A stretch of DNA of 64,000 bases from positions 45,142 through 109,141 of the forward strand of contig NMRA01000887.1 in the NCBI GenBank assembly GCA_002633005.1, given 5' to 3'. This document shows positions 19,301-31,229 of the stretch, piece after piece; the stretch's first letter is position 1, and the number at the start of each line of letters is the position of its first letter. A model generated the notes under the pieces. The model saw only the letters and a program-made list of their open reading frames with translations, searched no databases and had not been told where the DNA came from. The position numbers and the translations under genes were made by a program. The stretch comes from Phoronis australis (taxonomy: Eukaryota; Animalia; Phoronida).

Positions 19301-22300
19301 TTTCTTTCTCCTAAACTGTATTACTAAAAAAGACATGGTTCATGACCTAATTTACGGCATATTGATACAAAGTCGAGAATCAAATTCTAAATTCTTACAA
19401 CTTTCAGAAAACACATACTTTTACGAAGTTAAAAATCAATGCTTTTGTATCTGATATTAGGCTAAATACTCAGATTTCTCGGCAAGGTCCTGGCCTACTT
19501 AAACGAAACATTAAAGGCGAGGGTTGCTGTGAGTTGTCGAGCCGCTTTGTTCTTAGATACGTTCAGTTTGTGTCGATTTTAAAAAACAACTTCGCTAAAA
19601 GTGATGTGGGCAGATACCATTTTTAAACCGTGACCCGCAAGATTTCAAAAATAATGTGACGAACGCAGACCCCAACCAATTAACGATTGTCAATTACTTC
19701 TATTTACTATTCTTGCCTATGTTGTGATTTCTACGTCATCTCATGTTGTCACGGATATAACTCTTTGTTTCCGAGTGCAAAACCCACAAAAATCGGTTAA
19801 TAAGTGAACTTGTGAAACGTGAACAACAAGTGTTTGATGAAGTGTTTACAAAAACAATATGACCTGACCACGCATCACCTGATCCAGGTTAGGATTAAAC
19901 AGACATGTTTTTGCAGGCCGTAGACGGTGATACTCACGTAGGCGCTTCATAAGCTGGAAGTTTTTCGGCGAATTATGCATGACACTGATTAAACCAACTA
20001 AGTCACACTGCTATAAGTACTTTTTGCGCATATAAGAACACCTAATTATGCTGTCGATGTCTTTAATTACTTCCAACTCGAAAATATACTCACGTAATAA
20101 TACTTTTTTTCTGGCTGTCCTTCGTTGCCCAAATCAGCAACTGGCCATTTTTAACTCTGCGCGCCAGGAGAAACGACATATTTCCTGGCGCGTGCGGTGT
20201 AATGGCCAGTGACTTAGGGAGCATGGATTTTTAATTGGATGACTGACGCCAATGATGCATTAACAGGTGACAGAACGAGGATTGGTGGTAATCGTCAAAA
20301 CAGGGTTTAGAATGCGTTTAAAAATATTTGCTAAGTGTTACAAATGAAAGTCAGTCTTTTGGCCTTACTGTGGCTATTTTTATTAAGAACGATGCGTTTT
20401 TTCATGTTTATTTTAAGCCTGGTCAAATATGAAAGACAAATTCGCGTATTCTGCGCACACAACCGCGGACGGGCGTTACCCATATCTAATTAAATAATAC
20501 TAAGGCGGCTATATACCCGCCTTCCTTCACAAAAACCAACTTTAGATTTAGAACACTTGCCATAATAAAGTTAGTTTCAAAAATTTTCTTAGCCAAATAG
20601 AAAGTAATTTCATGGTTTCGACAGACCATACAGTCCGTTGTTGACTGAGATCGGGCTTTGCAAGATACATTTTCACGGCGAATCACTGATTTATGCGCCA
20701 AACATGGTTGAGAGGAACAGCACAGTCAGTTGTTGGTAAACCCACAGATCTCTTCTCATCTTAGTAAGGATCAAGTTCAGACCAATTCTATTTGCGAGAA
20801 GTGGTCGCAATCGAAAATTAACTTTTTGGACAGAACGCGGATTTGTAGCCGCTTCAAAGATATTTTACCTGCTTCATTTTAGATTAAAACTTCAGAAAAC
20901 GGATTTTAACCCGAGTCAGTTCAGTTGAATCGTAGCCCAAATAACGCTCTTTCAACAGAACGTCAACAGTATCTGCTACAGTATGCTTGTGCGTCACGAG
21001 TTAAGTTTGCACAGATGAAGAGGAAACGTGTGTTGGCGAAATCAAGGCAGTTCATATGACAAAATACAAAGTATAAAAATGAAAAATAGGAAATGCAATA
21101 AATAAAATAATAATCTCCGGCAAGATGGACAATAAAAGAAGTCACAAGAGATGTTGTAAGACAGCTACAGGATTAACTTTCAAATTTGAAGTTCTGAAAT
21201 CCAAAAAAATAAAGTGGTTTGCAGTGCATCAGAATTGGGGACCGTTGCATGGTGACGAACCTGAACGAAACTCACGAGAGACTACCAACCGTCAAGCTCT
21301 TTGTGAAAGAAGATATCAAATCTATCTTTTCAGAAAATGGTCTGGCATTTCCATTTGACGTTATGCTCTGGCGGATCTAGGATACCATAAGGGGGGGTCC
21401 AACATTTTGTCTTGGGCAATTGTGCTGTAAGAATCTATGCGATAACCCAGCCCGAAGGATATCGAGGATCGAATTTCTGGACCATCCACTAAAGAGCAAA
21501 CGGTGGACTAAAAAAAAACGGAAAATCGTTTGTGCAGGCCGTCTAAGTCGGACACTTGTGTTCGGGTTTGACCCCCCCCCCCNAAGAGGGGGAGCCGGGC
21601 CCCCTGCCCCCCTCCTAAAACCGCCTATGTTATGCACTATATATTGTACTAATAGTGTCATCCAGGTGCTTGTATTCCGTTGTTTATGAGATTGAGTTGG
21701 ACAAGGCTCTACAGGAAGGAGTTTTAACGTCACAGCAGTACCATACTCCGAGTTGGAACGCGTTGAGCGACCCGAGTCAAATGCCTAGTCTAACAAGGTT
21801 TACAAGTTTTTCAAGCATTAGTTGCTTGGTTTGACCGCAACACTGGAATCCAAAATTCCACCTAGCGTAATCATTACCACATCTGAAGGTCACAGTGCAA
21901 CTGCTCTACATACACATACAAAAATATACACATACCCTCGAGGGGACTGCTGTGTCAAATTCTATCTCAATTGTCTCAATTGCAATGAAAATGCACATCA
22001 ATTACTAGAGAAAAGTATTGAAAGGGTTGCCACAAAGCATTAGCAATTTTGCACTTTCTGTAAATCCACAATTCTTGTCACAAAAATCTACCGTCGATAT
22101 AAGCCTATAGTTACAAGTACTAGCACACGATTTATAATTTCAGTTTATGTTCTACCCGGTGACCAAGAAAAACCTATACACTTACCCAGCAAAACGACGA
22201 GCGCACTTGCGGCAATCATGTTGATAGAACTGCGTGTGGTGCCTTATCGGAGTTTTGAAGTTCTTGAGTACTGGTGAGCTTCGGGTTATATAGTCTGTCG

Positions 22301-23790
22301 CGCTGGCCAATGAGCAATCGGGAATGCGTCACCAATAGACTGCACGGCCATGCGTAGTCGTGTGTCTGACAGATGGTTCCCATACTGATAAATTTTGAAT
22401 GTTCAACTACATGTACGATATTCACACATCCCATGAATCCCATTTGTTCAAAAAATAGGCATTGGTGTTAGGGTGACGAGGGCAATCCGATTTCGGCTTC
22501 CGTACGAAACTCAGTAGTGGACAAAGTTTCTCACGTAAAACTCAGCACGTTGAATTTGTTTCTTTTTACAATATTTCATATATAAGGGACACACTTTTCA
22601 AAGCCTTTCAAAAGAGTCAGATTATCCATGACGCTAAGCAGATGCTATAGCTTGGGCGGCCCGCACGATATGGGCCAAAAAAGGGACCTTTCTGCATCAC
22701 CACCATCTAGAGAATATCAATTCGTATCATTACGTATCATCATTACGTTAATACTGCTGCGGCTGCAGTGAATAAATGTCCCGTTTGTTTTTCTTGAACT
22801 TTTACGATGTCAGTTATATTCCACGGTGCCGGTATCTAGTATTCGTTTTAGTCTTATTTTCTTCATAAATACTATGGTTCTTGAGTGTCATGCTGTCAGG
22901 GAATTTACTTTGCAGACACTGAACACGCCTTCAGTGGATTATTACGTCACAATGGTTCCTGGTACTTATTATCTTGTTTATGCAGTGGAAAAATTCTAGG
23001 GGCCGCGAGCTCCTGTAATTTAGAGAACCGTCTCTCCGGGCCACGCTTATGCCGTAAACATTTCTTGTGTAGCCTTCACTTCACACTCCGGATGAGTCGT
23101 GTAGCTAGCCCGGGTGTTGTCACAGCACTGACCAACCTCACGAAAGTCTGCGCCTTGCTAAAGGCATCAAACGTGCACACAGCTGGTTAGAATACCCAGA
23201 ACAGTAACATTTAGTTCAGTGAGGTGTTATGTAATCACTCCACAGAGCCAGAGAACACAGACACTTGCTTAGCGGCTTTGGTTTTAGACTTGATTTTACT
23301 TGATTTTGAACTCCCTAGAAAACAGCCTAAAGCGATTAAAATGTGATCTTACACAAGTTCATAAATAAATAAATTACCCAAGAATGTGTAGGAGTGATCA
23401 CATTCCAGTTTGGCGCAGTAAATCAGTTCCCAGAAAGATTTTGTGGAAGGTGGTCAGTCTGGAGGTTCAGCAAGTGAGGTTAATTAGACAAATAATTTAA
23501 CACTTTTGGAAGTTTATTTTGAAAAATGATTTACATTTATCAAATTGGTATTGTTGATTTCATGTGATGGTGTATTTTTTGTCATGTTGGCATGTCAGAA
23601 TTTTCTGAAATTTAAACCTGTTCGCACTGAAATTTTGTGCGATTGGGGCATTAGTTGTTACTGAATCGTATCTTTCCTCATGACTTTCAGGACTACTTTT
23701 GCCTGATGTTGGTGTTATAGTTGCCAGCATTTTACTTTTAACCAAATAATCATGTTACAGTCCTATTAAGGAAATTAAAAGGACTGTAAC

Positions 23791-24882
23791 ATGATTATTT
23801 TGTATAAAAAATGTCAGACAGGCATGACGATTTTCACAAACAAAGCATTTCTTACCTCTGCCGTATCTGTCAGTAAGTTATGTTTCTCAAAAGGTAAACA
23901 CAGATTTTTTTCATGCAGTAAATACATTGACCCTATTGCTTTTCATTTTGGAATAGATGTTCAATCTGATGACCCTAATACGCATTCACAATACTTTTGT
24001 TCTAATTGTTATCATTCAATTGCAAGTGCTAAACGGAGACCAGTTTCGGAAGTTACTTCAGAAAAACAACGGAATTTTGCACAATGTAATGACAAACTGT
24101 GGGGAAAAAATCAAGCAAACAAGCAATTGTCAAATTGCGAGTTATGTCAGCTTGTACAAAATTCAAAGAAGGGTGGACGCCCATTGAAAAATAGAGCAGA
24201 ACATTTGAAAACATCTGAGCTACCCTTTGAGAAAAATGTCAACATATTCCAGAGCCTTTTCTCTTCTGCGGATAACACTAAAATAACTAATTTCGTCATC
24301 AGTGAAAAGTACTCCGAAATTGAAAAGTCCAATTTTATGTGCACAATATGCCAGGGAATTTATTCAAAACAATCCGTGTTGTCAGGTTGTGGACATGTTT
24401 TTTGTTCCGAATGTTTGACTCAGGCTTTCTGCAACATGGCTTCACCTGTAATTCCCTTCCCTCTATGCCATGCTGACATACGTTATGAAAATGTGAGTGC
24501 AGTTAGTTTAAATTTTAGAACTATGCTGGAGAAATTGCAGTTAAAGTGTACAAAATGTTTTGATGAAAGTGAGTATCAGCATGCTAACATTCATGTTTGC
24601 GCCATCCCTGGGTCATCAAATGACCAATTCCAAACAGTAGCACAACCCAACTTGTCTGGGGCCCGGAATTTGACTGCCTCAGAACAGGGAACTGATAGTC
24701 AGGACTGTGCCACTACACAGTTTGTGAATGTGGGAGATCTTCTTTCAAAAAGTGACGACATGCCGCTTGAAGAGCAAGAAGAACTTATGTTTTCCAAGTT
24801 TGCCAAACGGAAATGGCAAACCAGCGATGACAATGTGTTGAAAGTCAAAACCAAAGGACAGGTATGTAAATATGTTCCATAG
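23791..24882 (+). CDS. RAG1-like N-terminal region (Chapa zinc-binding motif, RING, zinc finger) of the transposase
   Basis: 363-aa ORF with D-x4-H-x4-CxxC and a C3HC4 RING whose 7th ligand is mutated C>F (TTC). The true start is out of frame at 23811 and the exon ends at 24861. Confidence 0.8.
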   Translation: MIILYKKCQTGMTIFTNKAFLTSAVSVSKLCFSKGKHRFFSCSKYIDPIAFHFGIDVQSDDPNTHSQYFCSNCYHSIASAKRRPVSEVTSEKQRNFAQCNDKLWGKNQANKQLSNCELCQLVQNSKKGGRPLKNRAEHLKTSELPFEKNVNIFQSLFSSADNTKITNFVISEKYSEIEKSNFMCTICQGIYSKQSVLSGCGHVFCSECLTQAFCNMASPVIPFPLCHADIRYENVSAVSLNFRTMLEKLQLKCTKCFDESEYQHANIHVCAIPGSSNDQFQTVAQPNLSGARNLTASEQGTDSQDCATTQFVNVGDLLSKSDDMPLEEQEELMFSKFAKRKWQTSDDNVLKVKTKGQVCKYVP

Positions 24883-27040
24883 TGCTATGTTTTTAATTGT
24901 TTTCGTTATTTAACTATATTTGAATTATTGTACTGTAAGTAGACTTCAGCATTATGCTTCCTTTACCTGTTCAAGATTGCAGCAGACCTGTTTAAATTGA
25001 CAAATCACATGTCTTGGTTAAATTAAATGCCATCTATCTCACTTGCAGCCAATTTATTTCACTAAAGTCACCAAACCGAGAAAACGATCCTCACTTGGTC
25101 CATCTCCTCTAAAGAAGAAAAGGGCACGTGAGATTGATTCTGTTCGCCATTAATGGCAGGAGACAACGACACATCCACACAAAAGGCTTCAGAGATGAAA
25201 GTGTTGTCGAAGAAAACGCAAACGGCTATTTGTGAGAAAGCCGGCATAAGTGTGCAGTCACAAAAAATTTCTGCAAGACTTGGACTTGCTATACAAACAT
25301 ATGCTAACATTACTTGGAGCCAAAAGAGAAAAATCAAGGAGATGCTGAAAACAATTGGTATTGCGGAAGTTGCAGAAAAAAGTGTAAGAGGAGAGAGATA
25401 AAATTCTTAGCGGGGTAATGGGGAATATAGCATGTGAAAACAGAAATTTTGAGTTTCCTGACATCGAAAATCCCAACAGTGTAAATGGCGTGATTATAAA
25501 ATCAGCACCATCTGTGTATTGCGCAGATTTACCTGAGCTGGTAGGGATCTATTTAAATAAATATGATGATCACGGCCTTTTATATTGGAAAGATGGCATG
25601 CCACAGAATGAAATTTGGATTAAAATAGGAGGTGACAAAGGTGGAGGCAGTTTTAAGCTTAGCTTTCAAATCTGTAACACTAAAAATCCTAATTCGATAG
25701 AAAACACCACAGTCTTTGCTTGTTTTGAAGCTCCGGACTCTTACACTAATTTACATTTAGCTTTGGGTCTATATAAAAATCAAATTGAAGAATTGTCTAA
25801 GCTCACTTGGAAAAATAAACAGATTGTTGTTTATGGATTTGGGGACTATGATTACATGTCAAAAGTTAATGGAATTGCAGGTGCCAGTGGAACATACCCT
25901 TGTTTCCTTTGCTTGACTGATCGGCACAGTTTACAATTTAAATTGCGACAGAGAGGTAACGGTCCTAGTCGAACAATTGCGCAACTGAAACGTGATTACG
26001 AATGTTTTTTGGAAGAGTCCGGGGGTGATAAATCAAAGCAAAGTCGATACCATAATGTAGTGTATGAACCGATTTTTGAAATACCTCTACACATGTATTG
26101 TATTCCTTATTTACACATCATGTTAGGAGTGATCAAAAAACATCATGATTTGCTTGAAATTAAATGCCATGAAATTGATGAGGAGATAGCATGGGATATG
26201 GCTAAAAAGGGGAAAGAAACAGATGACACATTATATAACTTGCATGTCGAACGCCTGAAAAAAATATTATACTTCAGGACAGAAATTAGTAACCTGGAGG
26301 GTGAATTCGAGGAATTAGAGGTTGGAGAGGAGGTATTCTCTATAGCACAGTTAGCCAGAAATAACTCTAGAAAACAGCATATTCAGCGGAGACCACCTGA
26401 ACTTAAAGCACAGTTAGAAGGGGAATATCCAAATGTAAATTTATCCTATGGAGAAGGTCATGTGACTAAACACCTTGATGTTGCATTAAAGCAACTTGGA
26501 ATAGAAAGACAAGGCTATCACGGTAAATCGTTCATTGGCAATCACTGCAGCACGTACATAACTGAATCTGTATACTCAGTGCTATTCAACTCAATTGTGA
26601 ACAAAACACAGGCTCTGACAACAAACAGGCGTATAATAAACAAAGCAGTGGCAATCAGTACTAAATTTTCCAAACTGACCAGACTGTATTCTAGTGTTCA
26701 TAAAAGCCTGTCACATAGTAATTACATGTCGAATGAAGAAATAGACAATGCTCACCTGTGTATCCGAAAATATTTGAAATATTATAGATATGCATTCCCT
26801 GATTCTCGCATTTTAGTTAAGCAGCACCTACTGGAGGATCATGTCATACCATTTTTGAGAGAAACCAGATTTGGGTTAGGACTGCTTGGAGAGCAAGGTG
26901 GGGAATCCATACATAAAACATTCAATGCATTTAAAATAACATGTGCGGGAATTAGGAACCCATTACTGCAATTAACTTCAGTGATGAAAAAGCACTGGAC
27001 AAAGAATTCACCTGAGCTCAGAACAAATTACAGTCGATAA
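23811..27040 (+). mobile_element. RAG1-like / Chapaev-type DDE transposase gene with RAG1-like N-terminal zinc motifs and RING finger; one intron, three frameshifts (recent pseudogene)
   Basis: ATG 23811 gives MSDRHDDFHKQSISYLCRIC (H-x7-CRIC), then a frameshift at ~23871 to FGIDVQSDDPNTHSQYFCSNCY...W...CELC (RAG1: [22 protein letters not shown]...CDIC). RING CTIC...CGHVFCSEC...PFPLC is followed by KCTKC...H. Intron 24862-25048 (GTATGT...TTGCAG, phase 0). Further frameshifts at ~25150 and ~25388. The 540-aa core ORF follows. Confidence 0.9.
25418..27040 (+). CDS. RAG1/Transib/Chapaev-family transposase catalytic core (RNase H fold, DDE)
   Basis: Motifs aligned to RAG1 from memory: KIGGDKGGG (D, 25634); PNS; GDYDYMSKVNGIAGASGTYPCFLC (D 25844; RAG1 [25 protein letters not shown]); YLHIMLG (ALHCDIG); FIGNHC (MNGNFA); KQHLLEDHV (YFHKTLAHV); GEQGGESIH (E 26903; SEGNESGN); VMKKHW (VLKHHW). 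Confidence 0.9.
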   Translation: MGNIACENRNFEFPDIENPNSVNGVIIKSAPSVYCADLPELVGIYLNKYDDHGLLYWKDGMPQNEIWIKIGGDKGGGSFKLSFQICNTKNPNSIENTTVFACFEAPDSYTNLHLALGLYKNQIEELSKLTWKNKQIVVYGFGDYDYMSKVNGIAGASGTYPCFLCLTDRHSLQFKLRQRGNGPSRTIAQLKRDYECFLEESGGDKSKQSRYHNVVYEPIFEIPLHMYCIPYLHIMLGVIKKHHDLLEIKCHEIDEEIAWDMAKKGKETDDTLYNLHVERLKKILYFRTEISNLEGEFEELEVGEEVFSIAQLARNNSRKQHIQRRPPELKAQLEGEYPNVNLSYGEGHVTKHLDVALKQLGIERQGYHGKSFIGNHCSTYITESVYSVLFNSIVNKTQALTTNRRIINKAVAISTKFSKLTRLYSSVHKSLSHSNYMSNEEIDNAHLCIRKYLKYYRYAFPDSRILVKQHLLEDHVIPFLRETRFGLGLLGEQGGESIHKTFNAFKITCAGIRNPLLQLTSVMKKHWTKNSPELRTNYSR

Positions 27041-27195
27041 CAATTATGGTCAACTGGACTTACCCTCTTGCTCTGACCTCAGTTATTGTACGCATATCCT
27101 ATTTGTTTGAGCTAGAAAGACGTCCTAATATACATTTTGTTACTGTCTAATACTGTAATGTAAAGTTCATTTGCTGTTTGTCTGTTTGGACTGTA

Positions 27196-27201
27196 AATAA
27201 A
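27196..27201 (+). promoter_or_regulatory. Candidate polyadenylation signal of the transposase gene
   Basis: AATAAA ~155 bp after the stop codon, followed by T/G-rich sequence. Confidence 0.4.
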
Positions 27202-30200
27202 AACAATGTGGCTCCCATCACTTGTTTCATTGACTGGATTTCAGGAGAGTTGAACTTGAAATGTAGGGGGAACGCAGGCTCTACCATATTAATTTGACCT
27301 ACGCCAACTAAGTGATTTTTATTTAAACCAGCTGGAAAAAGATGATAATTTTGTTGTATGCTAACAGATTACCTAGAAAAACTTCTGTTTATGAAAAAAT
27401 TACGTTTGAAATGGCGTATTTTTTTGATGCAAGAGTCTGTCGATCAATTTCAACATTGAATTTCAACCTTAACCCCCCATATATTTTAGACTGGACCAGC
27501 CAGGAATGTTATGGCATGCTTTGGCTATAATTTAATCATGTCTGCAGTGTCAAATTGTCTCTGTCTTAAGTGCAGAAGACCTTTGAACCAATTTGGGTGT
27601 GTTATAGTAAAAGTTTGTCCAACAGATGTCGCCCCATTAGACCAGGCAACAAGCCACATGTGATTACATAACCCTGACTTGACTAAATGTGTTGCTGTGA
27701 ACAGCTGGGCTTCACAATTCACTAAGATACAAATTTGCTAACCGTCCAACTTTGGGAAGGACATTCACTCATTTATGCACTCGGTCCTATAAAATTCTTG
27801 TTCCCACACACTTTGACTTATTTAATCATCATTTGTTACTTGAAGAGCATCAAAAATTGCGCAGTCTCCAACTCCGAACCACTCATTAATTTGAGGTGAA
27901 ACTTTTAGGTATGAATTACGGGATCCGAATTGGGCGTGTGCAGAATTGGCAACGGCTGCCGCTTCACTTTGGCTATTTAAGGGTAAGTGAAACGGATATA
28001 ACTCCAAACGGGATGGTTTCATAAACAAAAATTGAACATATAACTGTGCCCCTATTTTCCTCGTTCACTATAAGACGGGTATCGTTATTTGCCCAAGTTC
28101 GCATTAACAACAATTTTCCAGGGAACTTCACTGCATGGATGATGTGCCCAAAAGATTGTTTTCTTATATTTTAAACAAAGATTTTATTTGTTTCAAAGGC
28201 AGGCCTATAATTGTTAACGTCCACAGATTTTGTCGTCTTGCCACAAAGCATGTCGAGAGCTTGTCCGTGGGTTCTCGAATTGCGCGAAACGCCACGAACT
28301 CGGGTCAGTCGAGATATTTTTTCTCTCAGGTATCATCTCGGATGCGTAAGTGGTCTGTGCACCGACCAGGGTGTTAGTATTCAGTCTATCTAAGGAGTAG
28401 GGTAGGTTACTTTATCGTTAGGCATTGGTTCCTACATCGCATTGTTCTGCGGATTATGCTGGTATTGCGTGTCTATGTGTGGAGTCTCGCCCCCGGGACA
28501 CTTTTCATTATTTGAAAGAGAACTCGGCCTCCAATGGCATAAATTTTGACAATCGAAACATACAGTACCAACAACACAAGAACAGAATCACTTCGTTTCA
28601 TAAATGAAAACTTTTTACTTCCATGTACATACATACGATGGCAACAGATTAGAGCAGGAATTCAGAAATCCCTACCAGCAACGTGCAACGAGTACTTCCG
28701 ACTGATATGCGTTCATTCAATACGGGCAGCAAAATCGAGCACAAGTAAGCGTTACTGCAATTGAAGGCTGTTCCACCGAAATCCCTATGGGAGGGAGGAG
28801 CGGTCAGTTGAAATATGCTTTCAATCGCAACACGTCCCAATGTTGAGTAGTGGAGTGATAACCTGCGATTGAATTAAAGAAGTCAGAATTTGGAAGGACC
28901 TAAGTGGTATTTTCTTTAGGGTTCTGTGACAGAAATGTTGGACGCTAACAGATATTCAATGATTTTTAGACTTTAAACACAGTGAAGGGGATGCAGTTTT
29001 AAGTGTTATAATTTTGCCTGCAGGAGAAAAACAATTATATAATAACATGAAGTAAAACCACCAACTTAAACAAAATACCCCAAAAATTGAAATCAGCGAA
29101 CATGAGAGGGAAAGACTGAAATACTTAAATTTTCCCCAAGTATTGATAGGCGTTCTGTCAGCCGTGTTTTTATCGGTAATCAGATATTTTACATGCACTT
29201 TGATTGAAATATAATGCCTAGTTACTTAGCAAAAGCCAGCATCTCATTCCTCCGTGAGATTTGCAGTAGTTATATTATAGAAAACAAATAAAAAAGTCAC
29301 TTGCGTCTTGCAACACTGTCAATACTTCTTGACTGGCAATGTGATAGTGATCCAGAAAAGAAATTACCTTCTGGATATCTGCCTTGGCTATTTGTACTTG
29401 AACGACACACAGTTTCTCGTGTTAGACAGCATTACAATGCATTGTTTGTTACCTTTAACCATAGAGCATCCATTTCTATTAAAGCATATTTTTTGTCAGC
29501 GTGAAATTTACACTTGTTACCAACAGACTGACTTTGTTTCCGAAACGACACCAAATCCCGGGGTGACAGTGAAAGACACCACAACACACACAAAATAGAC
29601 ATTTTTCATTTTTTATTTTTCCAGTTCCAGTGAGTAAGTAACAGGGGTCTGGGATCCCCTATCGTACTTTACAATCGTTAAGTGAAAATTGGCAACACAA
29701 ATATACAGTGGAATTAATTTTTATAATGACAAAGAGAAAAACAGCAATATTACATAAAGTGACTGTGTTGTATACACTTCTGAGAAAGGAATGTAAAAAA
29801 ACCTTTGCATACTATTTTTCCAAAATAGAGTTTCTCAAACAATCTTTATATTGCAGGATTTTCTCTTCATCTATCTTACTTGAGAATTCATACAGGAAAG
29901 CCTATAGCTTGAGCATCAGATTATTACATTTACGAAATTTCAACATCTAAAGCAATACAATGTTGAACTAATGGTAATTTCATCAATGGTGGGCACTGCT
30001 TTCGAAGAGGAAAAACTTTGACAAGGCAATAAAAAAACATTTTTTATACTTTTATCAAGAAAAACACAAAAATTACACTCAAGGTTGAAAGCTGAATTTT
30101 TTTGCAAACAGTTTGATATAAATATCATTAATATCGGTTCAGTCACGGCCAGTTAGCAGCTGAAAGTTTATCCCCTAACTATGGATAGCAAGAATTTACT

Positions 30201-31229
30201 GGTGATTGAAAAGTGTGTGAAGTGCTCGCAATACTTCGATATGTAAAAATATTCATTAATGTCCCAATTTATGGTTGGATCATATTAATACAAAGCATAA
30301 AGTTTAGATTTTTCGCTGGAGTACTTTTCATTTTTCCACCACTTTGCACGCTAAAAGTTATGACCTTGTGAAAATCACGAAAAATGGCAAAATTTCGCTC
30401 TGACTTGCTGAATTTTGGCCAGATTGATTTTCTATGTATTGCAGACGTAGTTACAGATGAGACATTACCACATTTAGGTCAAGCTAATATTCCTACAAAA
30501 TCCCAAATTTCAAACTAAATTTTCCCGTGAATGACTGCGAATTCAACCAGATGAAAAGATTTATCCAATTAATTCAACCGTTTCTTTGGGCCAAAAGTCT
30601 AGATTCTTGTGTTGAACTGTCACAGTATTCGGCTGATCAACAGCAACTTGTCAAGTTAGTTCAGGTGCGTTTCGTAGCAAAACTCGGACTTGTATGGCTG
30701 GTATAAGAATTTTAATTTGCAGTAAAACACGGCAAGTTAATTTCAAACAAAAATATTGCTCGAAATGGGCGAAAAAACGAAGGTATACCTTCGTTGCTAC
30801 CCAACACACCGGAAATTAAGAATCCTCCTCACGTAGTTCGGGTTAGGTCGCGAGATATGACGAGTCGCGAATCTCTTCGCGAGTATCTATGGTTACATAA
30901 TGGTCTAAGCATCTGCTCCTAATTTGCACTTGATGACCTCTACAACATGTATGTACTTGATGATCCCTAATTACTACTTCATAACCCCAAGCTTCGAGCT
31001 ACAAACTTGAGTACAAACTCGAGATTTCGAGTAAAACCTCGAGATTTCAAGTTCAAATTTGATGTCATGTGCACAGTAGGATTCCACAGTCATTCAAGTG
31101 CGTCATTATACTCGAGCAAAAAACTAGACAATTATATTAAGTTGGTATCCAAGTAGAGCGGACAATGCAAAGATATTTTAGAGCATAATATCATCCTTGC
31201 TTTCACTAGCGTGTATTTTGTTACAGAAA

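Noticed and set aside
23811-27040. Calling the gene bona fide RAG1 or a ProtoRAG transposon
   Set aside because: The catalytic motif context is Chapaev-like, and I found no RAG2L, paired TIRs or TSD, so no gene symbol is assigned.
22423-27939. CACACATCCC... / ...GGGCGTGTG as element termini
   Set aside because: The inverted match is only patchy and there is no target-site duplication.
27525-28028. Minus-strand ORFs as a RAG2-like gene
   Set aside because: They are short and lack kelch GG/Y/W repeats or a PHD cysteine pattern.
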